Assembly: GCA_046538155.1 (NCBI GenBank)
Contig: JBKHJL010000007.1
Location: forward strand, 1 to 35,887
DNA: 35,887 nucleotides
Reading direction: 5' to 3'
From: Candidatus Micrarchaeia archaeon
Lineage (GTDB): Archaea > Micrarchaeota > Micrarchaeia > Anstonellales > Bilamarchaeaceae
Shown here: piece after piece, positions 25,617 through 35,186 of the stretch
Layout: each line of letters opens with the position of its first letter
Numbering within the stretch: the stretch's first letter is position 1
Notes under the pieces: model-generated
Seen by the model: only the letters and a program-made list of their open reading frames with translations
What the model was told of the DNA's origin: nothing
Databases searched by the model: none
Position numbers and translations under genes: made by a program

Positions 25617-26780
25617 TCAGTATCCCCTCTTGTAAATATGCACTACGGCTGTTGCGCCGCTTCCCCCCACATTATGGGTAAGTGCATACTCAGCATCCTT
25701 TACCTGGGTTGCTTCGCCTTCTCCACGAAGCTGCCAGGAAACCTCGCAGGCCTGCTTTACACCTGTGGCGCCTACGGGGTGGCCGGTGGCTTTGAGGCCT
25801 CCGCTTGTGTTGATTGCGATTTCTCCGTCCACCTTGGTTTTGCCTTCAAGGGCTGCAGGGCCCCCTTTGCCAGGGGCAAAAAATCCGAGGTCTTCGGTTG
25901 CAATAATTTCTGCGATGGTAAAGCAGTCGTGGACTTCGGCAACATCTATATCTTTGGAGGTGAGGCCTGATTTCTTATAGGCGTTTTCACCCGCTATTTT
26001 TGCTGCCTTGATGCTGGTGAGGGTGTCACGGTCGTGGAGCGCAAGGGTGCCGCTTGCCTGCTCACTTGCAAGGATTTCTATGGGCTTCTTGCTGTAGCTG
26101 GATGATGAATCCAGGGGGGCCAGGACCAGGGCGGCTGCACCATCGGTAATAGGTGAACAGTCCAGAATTTTGAGTGGGTCTGCAACAATCTTGGAGCTCA
26201 GGGCCTGCTCCAGAGTTATCTCACGCTGGAACTGGGCATACTTGTTGTGTGCGCCGTTTGCATGGTTTTTTACTGCAACCGAAGCGAGCATTTCCTCCGT
26301 GGTTCCATACTCATGCATGTGGCGGCGGGCCATGAATGCATACAGGCCTGGGAAAGTGGCGCCCATAAACAGCTCCCATTCCTGGTCCCCTGCACCACCA
26401 AGGATTTGGGAAACCGCAGCAGTATCCAGATCTGTCATCTTTTCTACTCCGCCTACTACTACAAGATCATGGAGGCCGGAGGCAACTGCCATTACTCCCT
26501 GCCTGAGGGCAAGAGAACCGGATGCACATGCGCCTTCTACCCTCGTAATCGGAATGGGATTGAGGCCCATGTAATCTGCAATGAGGGCGCCTGCGTGCTC
26601 CTGGCCCACCAGGGAACCGGAAGCCATTGTGCCCACATACCCTGCGGAGATTTCATCCCCTTTTACATTGGCATCCTGTATTGCCTTTACTCCTGCTTCA
26701 GTGACCATGCCACGGAAACTCTTGTCCCAGTTCTCCCCGAACTTGGTCATTCCGACTCCAACAATTGCTACTTTTCTCAT
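25617..26780 (-). CDS. Acetoacetyl-CoA thiolase (archaeal type)
   Basis: [30 protein letters not shown]. Confidence 0.95.
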   Translation of the reverse strand: MRKVAIVGVGMTKFGENWDKSFRGMVTEAGVKAIQDANVKGDEISAGYVGTMASGSLVGQEHAGALIADYMGLNPIPITRVEGACASGSLALRQGVMAVASGLHDLVVVGGVEKMTDLDTAAVSQILGGAGDQEWELFMGATFPGLYAFMARRHMHEYGTTEEMLASVAVKNHANGAHNKYAQFQREITLEQALSSKIVADPLKILDCSPITDGAAALVLAPLDSSSSYSKKPIEILASEQASGTLALHDRDTLTSIKAAKIAGENAYKKSGLTSKDIDVAEVHDCFTIAEIIATEDLGFFAPGKGGPAALEGKTKVDGEIAINTSGGLKATGHPVGATGVKQACEVSWQLRGEGEATQVKDAEYALTHNVGGSGATAVVHIYKRGY

Positions 26781-26785
26781 CGTGA

Positions 26786-27829
26786 TCACATCCCTTTATA
26801 CTTCTTCCTGAGCTTCGCGTAAATCGCGTAGGTAACATATTCCTTGTTCTCTATGAAATGAGAAAGAGGATAGCCGTTCCTGTGATTCTCCCTTATTTTA
26901 TCAGTAACCTTTATTGAAAAGGCATCGGAGCCTGCACCTGAGCCAAAAGAAGTTACAAAAATGCGCTCGCCTGGTTTTGCGTGGTCTAAAACATTAGCCA
27001 AGGCGAGGGGAGTATTACCTGAGTATGTGTTTCCTATTATTGGGCAGAGCATTCCGGTCGCGAGCTTTTCCTTGGGAACTCCGAGTTTTTTTGCAACTGC
27101 ATAAGGGAACTTTGCATTTGGCTGGTGGAAAATGAAATGGTCATAACTTTCTGTATTTTCGCCCATCTTCTCCATCAGGCCATTAAATGCACCCTGCACA
27201 TGCTTGAAATAAGCAGGTTCCCCGGTGAACCTGCCCCCGTGTAAAGGGAAATCTGCCTTTGGGCGCCTCCAGAAATCAGGGGTATCTGTTGTGTAAGAAA
27301 AAGTATCTTCAATTATTGCAAGAGACTCCCCCTCCGGGCCGAGTATATAGGCGGCTGCGCCTGCTGCTGCAGAATATTCAAGAGCATCTCCCGGGCGGCC
27401 CTGGGCAGTATCCGCCCCTATTGCAAGACCATACTTGACCATTTTTGAGTCAACCAGGCCCATGCAAATCTGCATCCCTGCAGTCCCTGCCTTGCAGGCA
27501 AACTCAAGGTCTGCGGCAGTTAGATTGGGGATTGTGCCCAGAGCCTGGGCAACCATAGTCGCTGTAGGCTTCACAGCATAAGGATGGGATTCGCTTCCCA
27601 CATAAACAGCACCCATACTATCGCAGGATATCCCTGCACGCTTCATTGCAATCCTTGCTGCTTCCACAGACATTGTTGCTGAATCCTCATCAGAAGCGGG
27701 GACCGACTTTTCCATTATCCCCAGGCCCTTCTGGATTCTTTCAGGGTCCTCGCCCCATACTTCTGCGATTGTTTCGCTCTTTATCCGGTATTTAGGAACA
27801 TACGCTCCATAACCTACAATTCCTGCCAT
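26786..27829 (-). CDS. Hydroxymethylglutaryl-CoA synthase (archaeal)
   Basis: [47 protein letters not shown] favours ATG 27829. Confidence 0.95.
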   Translation of the reverse strand: MAGIVGYGAYVPKYRIKSETIAEVWGEDPERIQKGLGIMEKSVPASDEDSATMSVEAARIAMKRAGISCDSMGAVYVGSESHPYAVKPTATMVAQALGTIPNLTAADLEFACKAGTAGMQICMGLVDSKMVKYGLAIGADTAQGRPGDALEYSAAAGAAAYILGPEGESLAIIEDTFSYTTDTPDFWRRPKADFPLHGGRFTGEPAYFKHVQGAFNGLMEKMGENTESYDHFIFHQPNAKFPYAVAKKLGVPKEKLATGMLCPIIGNTYSGNTPLALANVLDHAKPGERIFVTSFGSGAGSDAFSIKVTDKIRENHRNGYPLSHFIENKEYVTYAIYAKLRKKYKGM

Positions 27830-27841
27830 TTTCAATACACC

Positions 27842-28525
27842 TTAGATTTTCTTCAGTCTTTCCTTTATTTTGCTTATCTCAAGATTTGTTGTTATTACCG
27901 GGACCTGTTCTTTTTCAGAGAGCTTGAGGGCAAGCTTGTCCACCTTCTTTATACCGTGGAGGATTACTGCGGAGGGCTTAGAGGGGGAAACGCGGATTAC
28001 AACCATAGGACTGCGGCCTGTTGAAACTCCCGTAAAAATCATTGCGCGCTCGCTCATGTTTCCATAAATATTTGTGAAATAAGTAAAGGGCATGTCCAGG
28101 ATTACCTTTATTGAATCAACCAAAGTGTAACCATAGAGCTTGCGCTCTTCCACCAGGTCCTGATTTGTGACCACTTCACCATCAATGAGCTCTACAAAAT
28201 CCGAAAGAGGGAGAGAGCGGGCAAACTCATGAAGCTCAAAATACTTTTCGGTGTTGGAGCCGCCCTCCAATAGCTTCTGAGTAATGCTTCCGCCCTTTTT
28301 TGCATCTATTTCAAACAGGACATTTACAAAACGCTTTATGATGTTGGAGCCCGGGGACTTTCTGCGGTTGGACTCATAATCGCTGATTGTGGAAACCGAG
28401 ATTCCAATTGCCTTTGCGAGCTCTCCCTGTGTGATACCGAATATTTCGCGCCATTTTTTCATGGTGGAGCCGGGATCGTCGGAAAGAGAGATTTCCCCTG
28501 CAATCCTTAGCTTGAGCTTCTCCAT
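27842..28525 (-). CDS. XRE-family HTH transcriptional regulator (COG1709-like) heading the HMGCS operon
   Basis: IAGEI, KKWREIFGITQ.ELA, STISDYE..RRKSPG, GVSTGRSPMV. Confidence 0.88.
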   Translation of the reverse strand: MEKLKLRIAGEISLSDDPGSTMKKWREIFGITQGELAKAIGISVSTISDYESNRRKSPGSNIIKRFVNVLFEIDAKKGGSITQKLLEGGSNTEKYFELHEFARSLPLSDFVELIDGEVVTNQDLVEERKLYGYTLVDSIKVILDMPFTYFTNIYGNMSERAMIFTGVSTGRSPMVVIRVSPSKPSAVILHGIKKVDKLALKLSEKEQVPVITTNLEISKIKERLKKI

Positions 28526-28590
28526 ATAATATAACCTCTAAACACGTGAATAAATTGTTCTGGTAGGGAGAATATAAAAAGCTTTCTACT

Positions 28591-28610
28591 TGCCGTAATT
28601 GGATACGGCA
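28591..28610. promoter_or_regulatory. Inverted repeat TGCCGTA-N6-TACGGCA, candidate operator between divergent promoters
   Basis: Perfect 7-bp arms; flanked by TATA-like elements at about 28572-28579 (minus) and 28630-28637 (plus). Confidence 0.55.
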
Positions 28611-28658
28611 TAAAACGTAAATTAAGCATATAAAAAGAGTTGGGGGCAAAAAAACAGT

Positions 28659-29567
28659 ATGGAAGTTAAGGATATTCATTTTGAGAAAACACCTTCAGTA
28701 AAAGAGTTGGTGGGCGCGTATAGGGAGAGTGGGTTCCAGGGGACCCGTTTGGGAGAGGCCGTGGAACTTGTAAAGAAAATGAAAGATGAGGGAGCTACTG
28801 TTTTTCTTGCATTTACTGCGAACGTGGTGGCTTCGGGATTGAGAGGAGTGCTGGCAGATATGGTGAAAGAGGGGTATGCAGATGTGGTTATTACTACCGG
28901 AGGAGCACTGGACCATGATTTGATTAAAGCATATAAACCGTATTTGCTGGGAAGCTTTGGAGAAGACGATGTGGAGCTGCATAAGGAAGGAGTGAACCGG
29001 ATTGGGAATGTGCTTGTGCCGAGTGCGAGGTATGAACTTCTGGAAGAGAAAATGCAGAGGGTTTTTGCGGAAGTTTCCAAAGAGAATAAAGTAGTGAGCC
29101 CGAGCGGGATTGCAAAGGAGATGGGCAAGCAGATTGGGGACGAAGGAAGTTTTTTGAAACATGCTTATAGGAAGGGAGTGCCGGTGTTTTCACCCGGGAT
29201 TACAGATTCTGCGATTGGGCTGCAGACTTACTTCTGGAAGCAGAAAAAGGAGAATGGGGAGTTTGGAATTGATGTGACTGGGGATATGAAAGAGCTTGCG
29301 GACCTGGCGCTCAATGCGGAGAAGACCGCGGGAATTATTGTGGGGGGAGGAATCTCAAAGCACCACACAATTGGGGTTAATCTGATGCGCGGGGGGCTGG
29401 ATTATGCATTGTATTTGACTACGGCAGAACCGTGGGATGGGAGCCTGAGCGGGGCTCCTGCAAAGGAAGCGGTGAGCTGGGGGAAGATAAAGGAGGAGGG
29501 AAGGCATGTTACAGTTCATGGGGATGCAACAATAACGTTGCCTTTAATTTACTATTCATTGAAGTGA
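28659..29567 (+). CDS. dys: Deoxyhypusine synthase
   Basis: GFQG, GLRG, HDL, GVNRIGNV, GGGISKHH, DGSLSGA, EAVSWGK (catalytic Lys), DATI. Confidence 0.95.
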   Translation: MEVKDIHFEKTPSVKELVGAYRESGFQGTRLGEAVELVKKMKDEGATVFLAFTANVVASGLRGVLADMVKEGYADVVITTGGALDHDLIKAYKPYLLGSFGEDDVELHKEGVNRIGNVLVPSARYELLEEKMQRVFAEVSKENKVVSPSGIAKEMGKQIGDEGSFLKHAYRKGVPVFSPGITDSAIGLQTYFWKQKKENGEFGIDVTGDMKELADLALNAEKTAGIIVGGGISKHHTIGVNLMRGGLDYALYLTTAEPWDGSLSGAPAKEAVSWGKIKEEGRHVTVHGDATITLPLIYYSLK

Positions 29568-29571
29568 GAAT

Positions 29572-30075
29572 ATGCTGGATATATTAGCTGCAATTGTTGC
29601 GGGGGGGGCAATAAAACACGTTGATTATATTGAAGACAAAAAGAGAGGGAAGGGAGTAGAGAAATGGCTGTTGGGGATACTTGCAGGGCTTTGCATGGGT
29701 TACGTTCTGGCTTTTTCTCCGGCTGCGATTCTGTTTGTTGGGATAATTGCTGCACAGGTGCTGATGGGAAAAATAGACAAGCCTGTGCATGGTACGGCAG
29801 TAGTGCTGGCTGCAGTTGTTCCATTTGTGTTGGGGATGGGGTGGGCGAATACCGGATTGCTGCTTCCATTCTTTGCAGTTGCCGCGCTTGATGAAGTGGA
29901 ACTTGCGGGGGTGCTGAAGCCTATGAGGCAGTACAGGCTCTGGCTTAAGGGGACTGCGCTTGCGGTTGGAGCAATTAGCGGGGTCTGGAGCTACTTTGTG
30001 GTTCTAATGGCATTTGACCTTGCTTATCTGGCTGTGAGCAAGCTCGCGGATGGGGGGAGGATAGTGGACCTCTGA
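29572..30075 (+). CDS. Hypothetical integral membrane protein
   Basis: Several hydrophobic helices with polar motifs K..D, GKID..H, DE and FD..Y. Confidence 0.75.
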   Translation: MLDILAAIVAGGAIKHVDYIEDKKRGKGVEKWLLGILAGLCMGYVLAFSPAAILFVGIIAAQVLMGKIDKPVHGTAVVLAAVVPFVLGMGWANTGLLLPFFAVAALDEVELAGVLKPMRQYRLWLKGTALAVGAISGVWSYFVVLMAFDLAYLAVSKLADGGRIVDL

Positions 30076-30080
30076 AAGAA

Positions 30081-30104
30081 GTTGCGTAACCATGGTTACA
30101 CAAC
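30081..30104. repeat. 24-bp near-perfect palindrome GTTGCGTAACCATGGTTACACAAC (perfect 14-bp core)
   Basis: Read directly; one mismatched pair; intergenic, upstream of the priL TATA. Confidence 0.85.
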
Positions 30105-30158
30105 CACTGGAAGGGCGCTCCCCTTAATATTTAAAAGCGGGCAAGCGCAAATATTCAC

Positions 30159-31085
30159 ATGGGACTTAATTTTGCCTGCAGGTATCCATTCACTGAAGAG
30201 GGAAGGCAGGCAATAATAAATAATGACATTCAAATCAACAACGAGATAGCAGAGCGGGGGGTAGAACGGATTGTGGATGCGCTTGAAAAGAGATACAAAA
30301 CGGCAAACCCTGTAAACCTCTCTGACCAGCTGATTGAAATCGGCTCTTACGGAGCGGCAAGAATGATGCTTGCCCACCTGAAAAACCGCTACCTCATCAA
30401 TAAATTTGCAGTTGCCGAATCAAAAAAGGCATCTGTGCTTATGGGGAGGGACAGCCTGGAAAATATTGGAAAACTGCAGCAGGAACTGGGAATAATCCCG
30501 CAAAAATTTGAAGAAAAAGGGGTCCTGCCTATGGAAGTCTATCTGCGTTTTTCCCCCCAGTCTATTGATTACAGGATGGTTAACCGGAACGTAAAACAGG
30601 GATATGTTGAAGTGAGCAATAGGGAGGTTTTACGGCTGATGGAAGAGGCAGTTAAATTCAGAGTTGGGGACATCGGGCTGTTTCCAAATGCCCCAAAAAT
30701 AGTGAAAGAATATTCAGGAAAACTGATGAAACTGGTGCCAAAAACAGCACCGTCCAAAATGAGTTTCAAGCAGGGAGAAAACCCGCCATGCATTGAAAAA
30801 CTTCTTGAAAGCGCAAAGAAACATGAAAACCTTGGCCACCAGGGCAGGTGGACTCTGGCCGTTTACCTGATAAACAAGGGCTTGCCTTACGAAAAAATAC
30901 TCCAGATTTTCTCAAATTTTCCTGATTATGATGAGAGGATTGCCAGTTACCAGATAAAACATGCGATTGACAGGGGATACACGGTTCCCTCCTGTGGTAT
31001 GCTTCTAAGCTATGGGCTGTGTATTGCCGACTGTAAGATAGGAAACCCCCTGAGGTGGAAACAATGGAAAAAGAAAAAGCACTGA
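30159..31085 (+). CDS. priL: DNA primase large subunit
   Basis: RYPF, PPCI, NL.H.GR, FPDYDE, YQIKH, PSC..C...C Fe-S ligands, NPL. Confidence 0.9.
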   Translation: MGLNFACRYPFTEEGRQAIINNDIQINNEIAERGVERIVDALEKRYKTANPVNLSDQLIEIGSYGAARMMLAHLKNRYLINKFAVAESKKASVLMGRDSLENIGKLQQELGIIPQKFEEKGVLPMEVYLRFSPQSIDYRMVNRNVKQGYVEVSNREVLRLMEEAVKFRVGDIGLFPNAPKIVKEYSGKLMKLVPKTAPSKMSFKQGENPPCIEKLLESAKKHENLGHQGRWTLAVYLINKGLPYEKILQIFSNFPDYDERIASYQIKHAIDRGYTVPSCGMLLSYGLCIADCKIGNPLRWKQWKKKKH

Positions 31086-32140
31086 TACTCAGAAGCTTCA
31101 GAAAGTATTACAGGAATGCTAATATAGAAGTTCCCTGGGTTGGGCGGAGGGAATTTGGGGTCGGGGGATTCAGGAAGAAGATAGAATCCAGGCACATGGG
31201 TTTCCCCAGCAATCAGGCCCTTAACAATTACCTCGTGCAGGAGGTTCCGCTGTTCATCTCCCATTCTGTTGCATACTATAAGTTTCCGGAATCCACCCCC
31301 ATGGAACGAAAAGAATGGATGGGAGGGGACCTTGTCTTTGACCTTGATGTTCACGGGGGGATGTTCTTAAGCAACGAAGAAATAGAACGCGTAAAAAATG
31401 ATGCAATTGCTCTTCAGGAAGAATTTCTTGAGAAAGATTTCGGAGTCAGTAAGAAAGATATGGTGCTGGTTTTCTCAGGGAGCAGAGGATTCCATGTTCA
31501 TACAAATGCAAAAAAATTCATGAATATGGGGGGGAAGGAAAGAAGGGAAATTGCAGATTACGTTGCAGGGGCCGGTCTGGATTACAGGAAATTCTTCAGT
31601 AAACTAGACCGTTATAGGGTAGGCGGGCCCAAAAAAACAGACTGGGGCTACAAAGGAAGGCTCTGCAGGATAGTAGAAAAAGTGATTGGGGAGGAGCCTT
31701 CACTCATACACAGGGGGTTGAAAAAAGAAGAGGAAAAAGAAAAACTGCTTTCCTGTATGGAAGAGGGCAACTGGAGCAAAACCCCCATAAAGGACATTGT
31801 GGAGCGCATCGGAAGGGTTGCGGAACGGATGAAGCTGAAAACAGTGGATGTGGACACAGGAGTCACAATAGACACCAAACGGCTCATACGTGTACCCAAC
31901 ACAATTCACGGCTCTACCGGGCTGGCTGCAAAAAAACTAGAACATATTGAAAAATTCCATCCTTACCACGATGCCCTGGCTTTTCCAAAAGAAGAACTGG
32001 AAGTGATTGCTGCGCAAGACCTGCCGGAACAGGAATTTGCAGGAGGAACCATGGAAAAAATGAAAAAAGGAGAAAAAGGAAATGTCCCAAAAAGCTACGG
32101 GATTTATTTAATCCTAAAGGAAGCAGCTACTCTTTATTAG
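31064..32140 (+). CDS. priS: DNA primase small (catalytic) subunit
   Basis: RREFG, LVFDLD, FSGSRGFHVH, VD..VTID.KRLIRVPNTIHGSTGL. Confidence 0.95.
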   Translation: MEKEKALILRSFRKYYRNANIEVPWVGRREFGVGGFRKKIESRHMGFPSNQALNNYLVQEVPLFISHSVAYYKFPESTPMERKEWMGGDLVFDLDVHGGMFLSNEEIERVKNDAIALQEEFLEKDFGVSKKDMVLVFSGSRGFHVHTNAKKFMNMGGKERREIADYVAGAGLDYRKFFSKLDRYRVGGPKKTDWGYKGRLCRIVEKVIGEEPSLIHRGLKKEEEKEKLLSCMEEGNWSKTPIKDIVERIGRVAERMKLKTVDVDTGVTIDTKRLIRVPNTIHGSTGLAAKKLEHIEKFHPYHDALAFPKEELEVIAAQDLPEQEFAGGTMEKMKKGEKGNVPKSYGIYLILKEAATLY

Positions 32141-32513
32141 TGAGGCTGAACCTGGGGGGGACAATTGGCGGGGAAAGATTAACAATTCTTGCAGCAAGGA
32201 CTCCATTTACTCCACAGAAATAATTTATTGCATTCAGGATTACTTCTGCATAGTCCTTCGGGAGCCTCTGCTTGTCTGCCCACTCCTTCTTTATCTTCTC
32301 AAGGAGCTCTTCCTCCTCTTCTGCAATTATTGTCCCTTCCATCTTTATGTGGCCAACGTCTTTGGTATACTCAGCAGCATATTCGTAAGAGATTTCCACG
32401 TTCTTTGCCTTTACCTTTGCATCTTTTACATTTATCTTGAAATTCAGTCCCTTGCGGGGCTCCTGCTTTTCTCTTGCAGCTTCTATCTTAGATACTCTAT
32501 TTCCAACAATCAA
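32127..32513 (-). CDS. Conserved archaeal hypothetical protein (arcadin-1-like, tentative)
   Basis: GGTGG SD then TTG (MIVGNRVSKIEA); beta-rich N-half, C-terminal LSPPIVPP. Confidence 0.65.
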   Translation of the reverse strand: MIVGNRVSKIEAAREKQEPRKGLNFKINVKDAKVKAKNVEISYEYAAEYTKDVGHIKMEGTIIAEEEEELLEKIKKEWADKQRLPKDYAEVILNAINYFCGVNGVLAARIVNLSPPIVPPRFSLTNKE

Positions 32514-32524
32514 AAAACCACCGT

Positions 32525-33970
32525 TTAACCTTTTTCTTCCATACAATTTAAGTATTCTTGGTTTTCTTCCCAGCCGCAAACACCATCGTGGCATCCGCAG
32601 GTTGTGTACTGGAGGCACTCATATTCCGGAAGATATTCACAGGTAGTGACAACATCTGCCATTGAAACCGGGACACAGAGCTGGGAAGAGCACCCTGCAA
32701 CTACGCATTCTGTGTCAGACTGGCACTCTGCTTCTTCCGGGGGCTGCTCCTCCTCATCTTCTTCTGCAGAAGTCTGGTTTTCCTCAGTCTGGTTTGCCTG
32801 TGTTACGGTATCTATACACTCCTGTATCTCATCCTGGTCTTCCATCTGCATGCAATAGGTTGTATCCATGTATTTCCAGGCAAACTCCAGATAGCAGTCC
32901 GAGAGTAGTTCTTCGGAAACTTCAGTGCAGAGGCTTGGGGTTCCTTTCTCAAGGGCCACGTTCAGGTAGCAAGTGTCCTTTATTGTCTGGTTGCTTACCA
33001 GCTCGCAGAGGCGCTCATTCTGGGACCAGATTGCCTCCGCCCGGATGCAAGAATCAAAGTCGTCAGAAACAAGGCACTCTGCATAATGTTCCTGGCTCTT
33101 CTTGAGCATGAAATAGAAATCCTCCATCTCCACTTCCTCATCAAGCCCCTCCGGGAATTCCACAGGGGTGGGTTCGTCCCAGGCAATCTCGGTGGTGGCT
33201 GAAACAGTTGAAGCCGATTCTCCAAAGTTCATATAATCCATGGAGCGGCGGACCACATCGTAATTATCAGGGTTCACGCAAACCGTAAAGTTGTACTTCT
33301 TGGAAAGCAGGACCTGGGGGGATTTGGGGTCTATCCCTACAGAACGTAACTGCTCCAGAGTGAGTTTAGAATAGTCAAGGGTATATTTTATCTCTGTGCA
33401 GTTTCTTCCATCATATGTTCTTTCATATGTATGGGGATCAAAGGTTATTGCCCCGTACTCTATGAACATCTCGTTCTTGTTCATGTTTGCGTTTATCTTG
33501 TCCTCATCAAACAACAGGCCGGAGAGAGTATATGTATACGGATTGAATGTGGAGTTCTGGCCCACATCTGTACACACCCTTCTGTTTACTGTTTCAAGGC
33601 AGAGGATCTTTTCTTCTCCGCTCATGAAAAGTTCACGGGTAAATATGGCGTCTCTTTTCTTCACATAGGAATAATTCTCCCCTTCCGTGAGGAAAACAGT
33701 GTTTGTGTATCCATTGGAAGCGGTTTCCTCGTATGCATAAGTATAAGTGTCATGCCCCAGAGGTTTCTCCATAGAGCCGAAGAATAGCGCCTCTATCTCT
33801 TCGGGGCGCGCCTCCTGCCCTTCCTCTTCATGCTCTTCCCCTTCCTCGCCATGGTGCTCTTCCTCATGAGTTTCTGTTCCGCCAAAAACATCAGCGAGAT
33901 AGTATATTGCACCTGCAAGAAGGACTACAATCACTATAGATAAAATCGGGTACACGACATTCTTATCCAT
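32525..33970 (-). CDS. Membrane-anchored acidic surface protein with Cys repeats and C-terminal eight-cysteine-cluster domain
   Basis: N-terminal TM helix; C...(K/S)D.CY repeats; ECQSDTECVVAGCSSQLC...TTCEY...C...CGC..GVCGW. Confidence 0.8.
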   Translation of the reverse strand: MDKNVVYPILSIVIVVLLAGAIYYLADVFGGTETHEEEHHGEEGEEHEEEGQEARPEEIEALFFGSMEKPLGHDTYTYAYEETASNGYTNTVFLTEGENYSYVKKRDAIFTRELFMSGEEKILCLETVNRRVCTDVGQNSTFNPYTYTLSGLLFDEDKINANMNKNEMFIEYGAITFDPHTYERTYDGRNCTEIKYTLDYSKLTLEQLRSVGIDPKSPQVLLSKKYNFTVCVNPDNYDVVRRSMDYMNFGESASTVSATTEIAWDEPTPVEFPEGLDEEVEMEDFYFMLKKSQEHYAECLVSDDFDSCIRAEAIWSQNERLCELVSNQTIKDTCYLNVALEKGTPSLCTEVSEELLSDCYLEFAWKYMDTTYCMQMEDQDEIQECIDTVTQANQTEENQTSAEEDEEEQPPEEAECQSDTECVVAGCSSQLCVPVSMADVVTTCEYLPEYECLQYTTCGCHDGVCGWEENQEYLNCMEEKG

Positions 33971-33980
33971 ATAATACACC

Positions 33981-35132
33981 TTATTTAGAGAATATCTTTA
34001 TGATATCACAATCTTTTAATTGGTAATCCTTTGCAAGGCGGATTTTTTTTCTGGCATCCAGGGCCGCTACGAAGCCTTCGGCTATGTCAGTGTGTACCCT
34101 TTCTGCCAGGTCAAGCGGGGTGCTTCCCCTGGGCATGAGAAATGCATTGGGAAGTATGTTTCCTTTCTGGTCAGCCCATGCGGACTCGTCCTCCACAGGA
34201 AAGACCACAATCCTGGAAAGCCGGCCATAAACAAGCCTTTCAATGGCCTGCTGGACTCCGGTATTGCCTTGTTTTTCAAGATAAGAGGATATCTTTTCCA
34301 GGGCCTTCTCCTGCTGGGGTGAAACCTCTTTTGTTTTAAAGGAATGGGAACCTGGAAGATAATCGATTACTCCGGAAAAATCCGCTTTCTTTAAAGTAAG
34401 CTCAAAAAGGGATGATACAGGAACTGCCTCAAGTGCAGAAAACTCCGTCAGGAGCCCTTCCGGGTTTTGTGCCTGGTCAAACTTATTCAGAACTACAAGA
34501 ATTGGTTTGGCCTTTAGAAGTTCCTTTGAAAACTCAAGTTTCTCTTCTGTAGACCAGTCTATCCTCTCTGTTTCCAGGGAAAGCCTGCGGGCAGCCTCCT
34601 CAGTTCTGGGAGAGGGGATTTTCAATCCGCTTAGCATTGAGGACAATGCGCTTATGTCCCGTGTTCTGACCTTTTTCCAGTTTCGCTCTATTATGCTCAA
34701 TACCCAGTGGGTCAACTCATTCTGCAAAAACCTTACCTCATCCATGGGGTTGTGGTCTTCTGCAGGATTGCCCTGCAGGTCTGTTTTTCCGCTGGCATCC
34801 ACCACATGGATAAGGGCATCTGCAGCAGCAAGGTCATCCAGGAACCTGAAACCCAGACCCTTACCCCTATGTGCATCGGGAACAAGGCCCGCCACATCCA
34901 GCATACGGACTGGAACAAACCTTGTTCCATTTCTGCAGTAGGAATCCTGGGGGTTGCAGGGCCTTCCCCTCTCCCTATGGGGGCATTGTTTGCGCACATA
35001 CCCAACCCCTATATTAGGGTCAAGAGTAGTGAAGGGGAAGGAAGCTATTTTTGCCTCGGCCATTGTGAGGGCTGAAAAAAAAGTGCTCTTGCCTGCATTG
35101 GGCTTTCCTACTACTCCGATGGTAAGAGCCAT
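33981..35132 (-). CDS. ychF: YchF/Ola1-family ATPase/GTPase (archaeal)
   Basis: GKPNAGKSTFF, FPFTT, DVAGLV, G.GLG..FLDDL, NKFD, TGS domain; start at MALTIG. Confidence 0.9.
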   Translation of the reverse strand: MALTIGVVGKPNAGKSTFFSALTMAEAKIASFPFTTLDPNIGVGYVRKQCPHRERGRPCNPQDSYCRNGTRFVPVRMLDVAGLVPDAHRGKGLGFRFLDDLAAADALIHVVDASGKTDLQGNPAEDHNPMDEVRFLQNELTHWVLSIIERNWKKVRTRDISALSSMLSGLKIPSPRTEEAARRLSLETERIDWSTEEKLEFSKELLKAKPILVVLNKFDQAQNPEGLLTEFSALEAVPVSSLFELTLKKADFSGVIDYLPGSHSFKTKEVSPQQEKALEKISSYLEKQGNTGVQQAIERLVYGRLSRIVVFPVEDESAWADQKGNILPNAFLMPRGSTPLDLAERVHTDIAEGFVAALDARKKIRLAKDYQLKDCDIIKIFSK

Positions 35133-35186
35133 GAGAAGTTTGTGTTGGAGCAGGTTATTAAATAATTGCTGCCAAAAAAGCAATCC

